A DNA stretch of 9,004 nucleotides, from positions 1 through 9,004 of the forward strand of contig JAWOFP010000057.1 in assembly GCA_046497485.1 (NCBI GenBank). Reading direction: 5' to 3'. The position numbers and the translations under genes were made by a program. The stretch is from Candidatus Nanohaloarchaea archaeon. Lineage in GTDB: Archaea; Nanohalarchaeota; Nanosalinia; Nanosalinales; Nanosalinaceae. The notes beneath the pieces were generated by a model, which worked only from the letters and a program-made list of their open reading frames with translations, had not been told where the DNA came from and did no database searches. Every line of letters begins with the position of its first letter. The stretch's first letter is position 1. Of this stretch, positions 6,824 to 9,004 are shown in pieces.

Positions 6824-7282
6824 ATGGAAGTCGAAATTACAACAGTAAAAGAGAATCCTCTCATGGATAGAAGAGAGGTAGAAGCAACAGTAAACCACGA
6901 AAATGAGGCAACACCAAGCAAAGAAGATGTTCTTTCAAGGCTTGCAGCAGACAGAGGCCTCAACAAAGATAATGTCGATGTAAAGCATGTCTACACAGGA
7001 TACGGTAGACAGAAATCAAAGGCAATTATTCAGATAAACGAAGAGTTCGAGTACGACGAAGATCTTGAAGAAGACACAATTGAGCAGGAGACAGAGACAG
7101 AAACTGAAGAAGAAGAAGGCTCAAGTTCTGCAGAGTATGATAACATAGTTGCAGGAACAATCACAGAAGCGAAGGAAGCTCTAAGTGAAATGGAAGAACC
7201 TGACTACGAAGCAGCTAAAGAAGCAGAAGAAGCAAACAAAAACCGTACTACACTTATCGACTGGTTAGAAGACCAGATTTAA
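6824..7282 (+). CDS. rps24e: 30S ribosomal protein S24e with acidic linker and extra C-terminal helical module
   Basis: KENPLMDRREV...H...ATPSKEDV...LAA...V.HVYTGYG. Shine-Dalgarno GAGGT at 6808-6812. Conserved position before rps27ae. Confidence 0.92.
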   Translation: MEVEITTVKENPLMDRREVEATVNHENEATPSKEDVLSRLAADRGLNKDNVDVKHVYTGYGRQKSKAIIQINEEFEYDEDLEEDTIEQETETETEEEEGSSSAEYDNIVAGTITEAKEALSEMEEPDYEAAKEAEEANKNRTTLIDWLEDQI

Positions 7283-7294
7283 GGTGATCCAAGA

Positions 7295-7444
7295 ATGGCA
7301 AAACACGAGAAAGTAGATAGATTCGAGAAATACAACGAAGACGGAAGCTACGACGGAGAGAAATGCCCAAGATGCGGCAGCTTCCTAGGACAGCACGAAG
7401 ACCGCATGAGCTGCGGTAAATGTGGATACACAAAACACCAATAA
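7295..7444 (+). CDS. rps27ae: 30S ribosomal protein S27ae (eS31), 49 aa, not in the ORF track
   Basis: Manual translation: [49 protein letters not shown]. Matches the CPRCG..L..H.DR..CGKCGYT signature. Shine-Dalgarno AGGTGAT at 7282-7288. Confidence 0.95.
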   Translation: MAKHEKVDRFEKYNEDGSYDGEKCPRCGSFLGQHEDRMSCGKCGYTKHQ

Positions 7445-7450
7445 ACTAAG

Positions 7451-7465
7451 AGGCCTATCAGGCCT
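7451..7465. repeat. Tandem AGGCCT palindromes (AGGCCT-atc-AGGCCT), possible small hairpin between rps27ae and kae1
   Basis: Read directly from the sequence; can fold as a 6-bp stem with a 3-nt loop. Confidence 0.6.
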
Positions 7466-7487
7466 TACATATCATAATTTAATTTCT

Positions 7488-8435
7488 ATGAGAATTCTCG
7501 GAATTGAATCAACAGCGCACACATTAGCAGCCTCAACTATTGACGAAGATGAGATTTACACTAACGAGAAAGATATGTATGAACCTGAGAAAGGCGGAAT
7601 ACATCCAAGAGAAGCTGCTGAGCATCACTATCAGAAGGCTCAGGAAATTATTTCTAAAGGCCTGAAAGGAGAGATTGATGCAGTTGCATTTTCCCAGGGT
7701 CCTGGAATCCCTCAATGCCTTGACACTGGTGCTGTCGCCGCAAGAACATTGGCACAGAAACATGAAGTTCCTCTAATTGGGGTGAATCACTGCGTGGCGC
7801 ATATTGAGATCGGGAAACGGACGACCGGTGCGGAAAGGCCTACAACACTGTATCTTTCAGGCGGGAATTCCCAGGTAATCGCAGAAAAAAATAATGAATA
7901 CAGGATAATCGGCGAAACATTGGACATCGCTCTAGGAAACGCAGTTGACAAATTAGCAAGGACAATGGGTTATCCTCATCCGGGCGGGCCTGAAATCGAG
8001 AAGTTAGCGGAAGAGACAGATGAAATTTTAGAAATTGCTTACCCTGTGAAGGGTATGGATTTTAGTTTTTCAGGAATCACAACTGAACTTCAAAGAAGAG
8101 TAGGGGATGTTGATGATGCTGTGATTGCGAATACTTTCCAAGAACACGCATACGCAGCGACGGTTGAAGCACTGGAACGAGCGATGAGTCAGACAAACAG
8201 CGATGAGGCCTTGCTCACAGGAGGAGTAGCGATGAACTCCCGGCTCAGAGAGATGGTGGAAACTATGTGCGAGCAACGAGGAGCAGATGCTTACTTCCCT
8301 CCAAAAGAGTACTGCATGGACAACGCAGCAATGATCGCAGAAAGAGGCCTCAAAAAAGCGAAGAGAAAGGAATTCACGGATCTAAAAGATTCTAAAATCA
8401 AGCGTAACTGGAGGCCTGACCGTATAAAGGTGTAA
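7488..8435 (+). CDS. kae1: tRNA N6-adenosine threonylcarbamoyltransferase Kae1 (KEOPS), stand-alone, 315 aa
   Basis: MRILGIESTAHT, GGIHPREAAEHH, AFSQGPG, GVNHCVAHIEIG, LYLSGGNSQ, GETLDIALGNAVDK, GGVAMN, DNAAMIA. Start moved from 7422 to 7488 because 7422 lies inside rps27ae. Confidence 0.97.
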   Translation: MRILGIESTAHTLAASTIDEDEIYTNEKDMYEPEKGGIHPREAAEHHYQKAQEIISKGLKGEIDAVAFSQGPGIPQCLDTGAVAARTLAQKHEVPLIGVNHCVAHIEIGKRTTGAERPTTLYLSGGNSQVIAEKNNEYRIIGETLDIALGNAVDKLARTMGYPHPGGPEIEKLAEETDEILEIAYPVKGMDFSFSGITTELQRRVGDVDDAVIANTFQEHAYAATVEALERAMSQTNSDEALLTGGVAMNSRLREMVETMCEQRGADAYFPPKEYCMDNAAMIAERGLKKAKRKEFTDLKDSKIKRNWRPDRIKV

Positions 8436-8441
8436 AAAATT

Positions 8442-9004
8442 ATGGAAGAAACAGAAGAAGCAAAAGAATTCATCAAAGAGAATAAAGTAATTGTTTATCC
8501 TACAGAGACAGCTTATGGAATAGGAGGCAATGCGCTGAACGAAAAAATTATCGATAGAGTCTATGATGCAAAGCAGAGGCCTAGAAGCAAAGGTCTGACA
8601 GTGATTGTTAATTCTCTTGAGCAAGCTGAGAAATATGCCAAGCTTTCCGATGAGGAGAAGGCCTTAGTCGAAGAATTTATGCCAGGCCCTCTTACACTTG
8701 TTGCAGAGAAAAAAGATATTGTTCCGGATAACTTGAACGACAGCTTTGTGTTCAGGATTTCTTCTTCACCTATCGCACGTGAACTGGCTTCTGAAGGGCC
8801 TATAGTGGCGACCAGCGCTAATATTTCCGGTGAGAAGACGAGTTACTCGGTTGATGATATTTCGGAAGAGTTACTGGATAAAGTTGATTTTGTGTTGGAT
8901 AAAGGACGGCTTCCTAGAGGTCCGACTTCTACTATCGTTGAAATTAGGGACGGTGAGGTTTTTATTCACAGAGATGGACCTATTTCACAGGAAGAGGTAG
9001 AGAA
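8442..9004 (+). CDS. tsaC: L-threonylcarbamoyladenylate synthase (TsaC/YrdC/Sua5 family), truncated at the window edge, not in the ORF track
   Basis: Manual translation: MEETEEAKEFIKENKVIVYPTETAYGIGGNA...KQRPRSK...MPGPLTLV...ATSANISG...PTSTIVEI...HRDGPISQEEVE. No stop before the window end. Confidence 0.93.
   Translation, partial: MEETEEAKEFIKENKVIVYPTETAYGIGGNALNEKIIDRVYDAKQRPRSKGLTVIVNSLEQAEKYAKLSDEEKALVEEFMPGPLTLVAEKKDIVPDNLNDSFVFRISSSPIARELASEGPIVATSANISGEKTSYSVDDISEELLDKVDFVLDKGRLPRGPTSTIVEIRDGEVFIHRDGPISQEEVE

Larger units (their letters stand above)
212..8664. repeat. Dispersed highly iterated palindrome AGGCCT, 34 copies
   Basis: Hand-counted starts: 212, 408, 819, 1284, 1547, 1629, 2634, 2791, 3260, 3384, 3560, 3720, 3988, 4215, 4602, 4713, 4857, 4936, 5445, 5582, 5772, 5926, 6547, 6630, 6955, 7451, 7460, 7658, 7836, 8206, 8345, 8412, 8577, 8659. 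Confidence 0.93.

Noticed and set aside
7422..7487. 22-aa N-terminal extension of Kae1 in the supplied track
   Set aside because: It overlaps rps27ae, and the Kae1 family begins at MRILGIES (7488).
212..8664. AGGCCT copies as a CRISPR array, mobile-element ends or cloning (StuI) artefact
   Set aside because: The repeat is only 6 bp, irregularly spaced and embedded in intact reading frames of conserved genes with no junction signatures. No cas or transposase genes are present.

Overview
This is a gene-dense archaeal chromosomal window with very acidic proteins and moderate GC (about 40% by eye). Together with a stand-alone Kae1, that suggests a halophilic DPANN archaeon such as Nanohaloarchaeota (inference). 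The right half (5614-9004) is the conserved archaeal informational gene string: PIN-domain gene, rpoE1, spt4, rps24e, rps27ae, kae1, then a tsaC/sua5 gene that runs off the window. rps27ae and tsaC are absent from the supplied ORF track. The left half (25-5617) is an apparently uncharacterised peptide-ligation cluster. It holds a C39-like peptidase with dead catalytic residues, a degenerate RimK-like ATP-grasp coupled to an intact one, two tandem paralogous ATP-grasp ligases on the minus strand, and a divergent DUF1704/MATCAP-like zinc carboxypeptidase. It resembles a writer/eraser system for (poly)glutamylation. Separately, the palindrome AGGCCT occurs 34 times (hand count; about 1-2 expected), in all codon phases and between genes, like a HIP1-type highly iterated palindrome.
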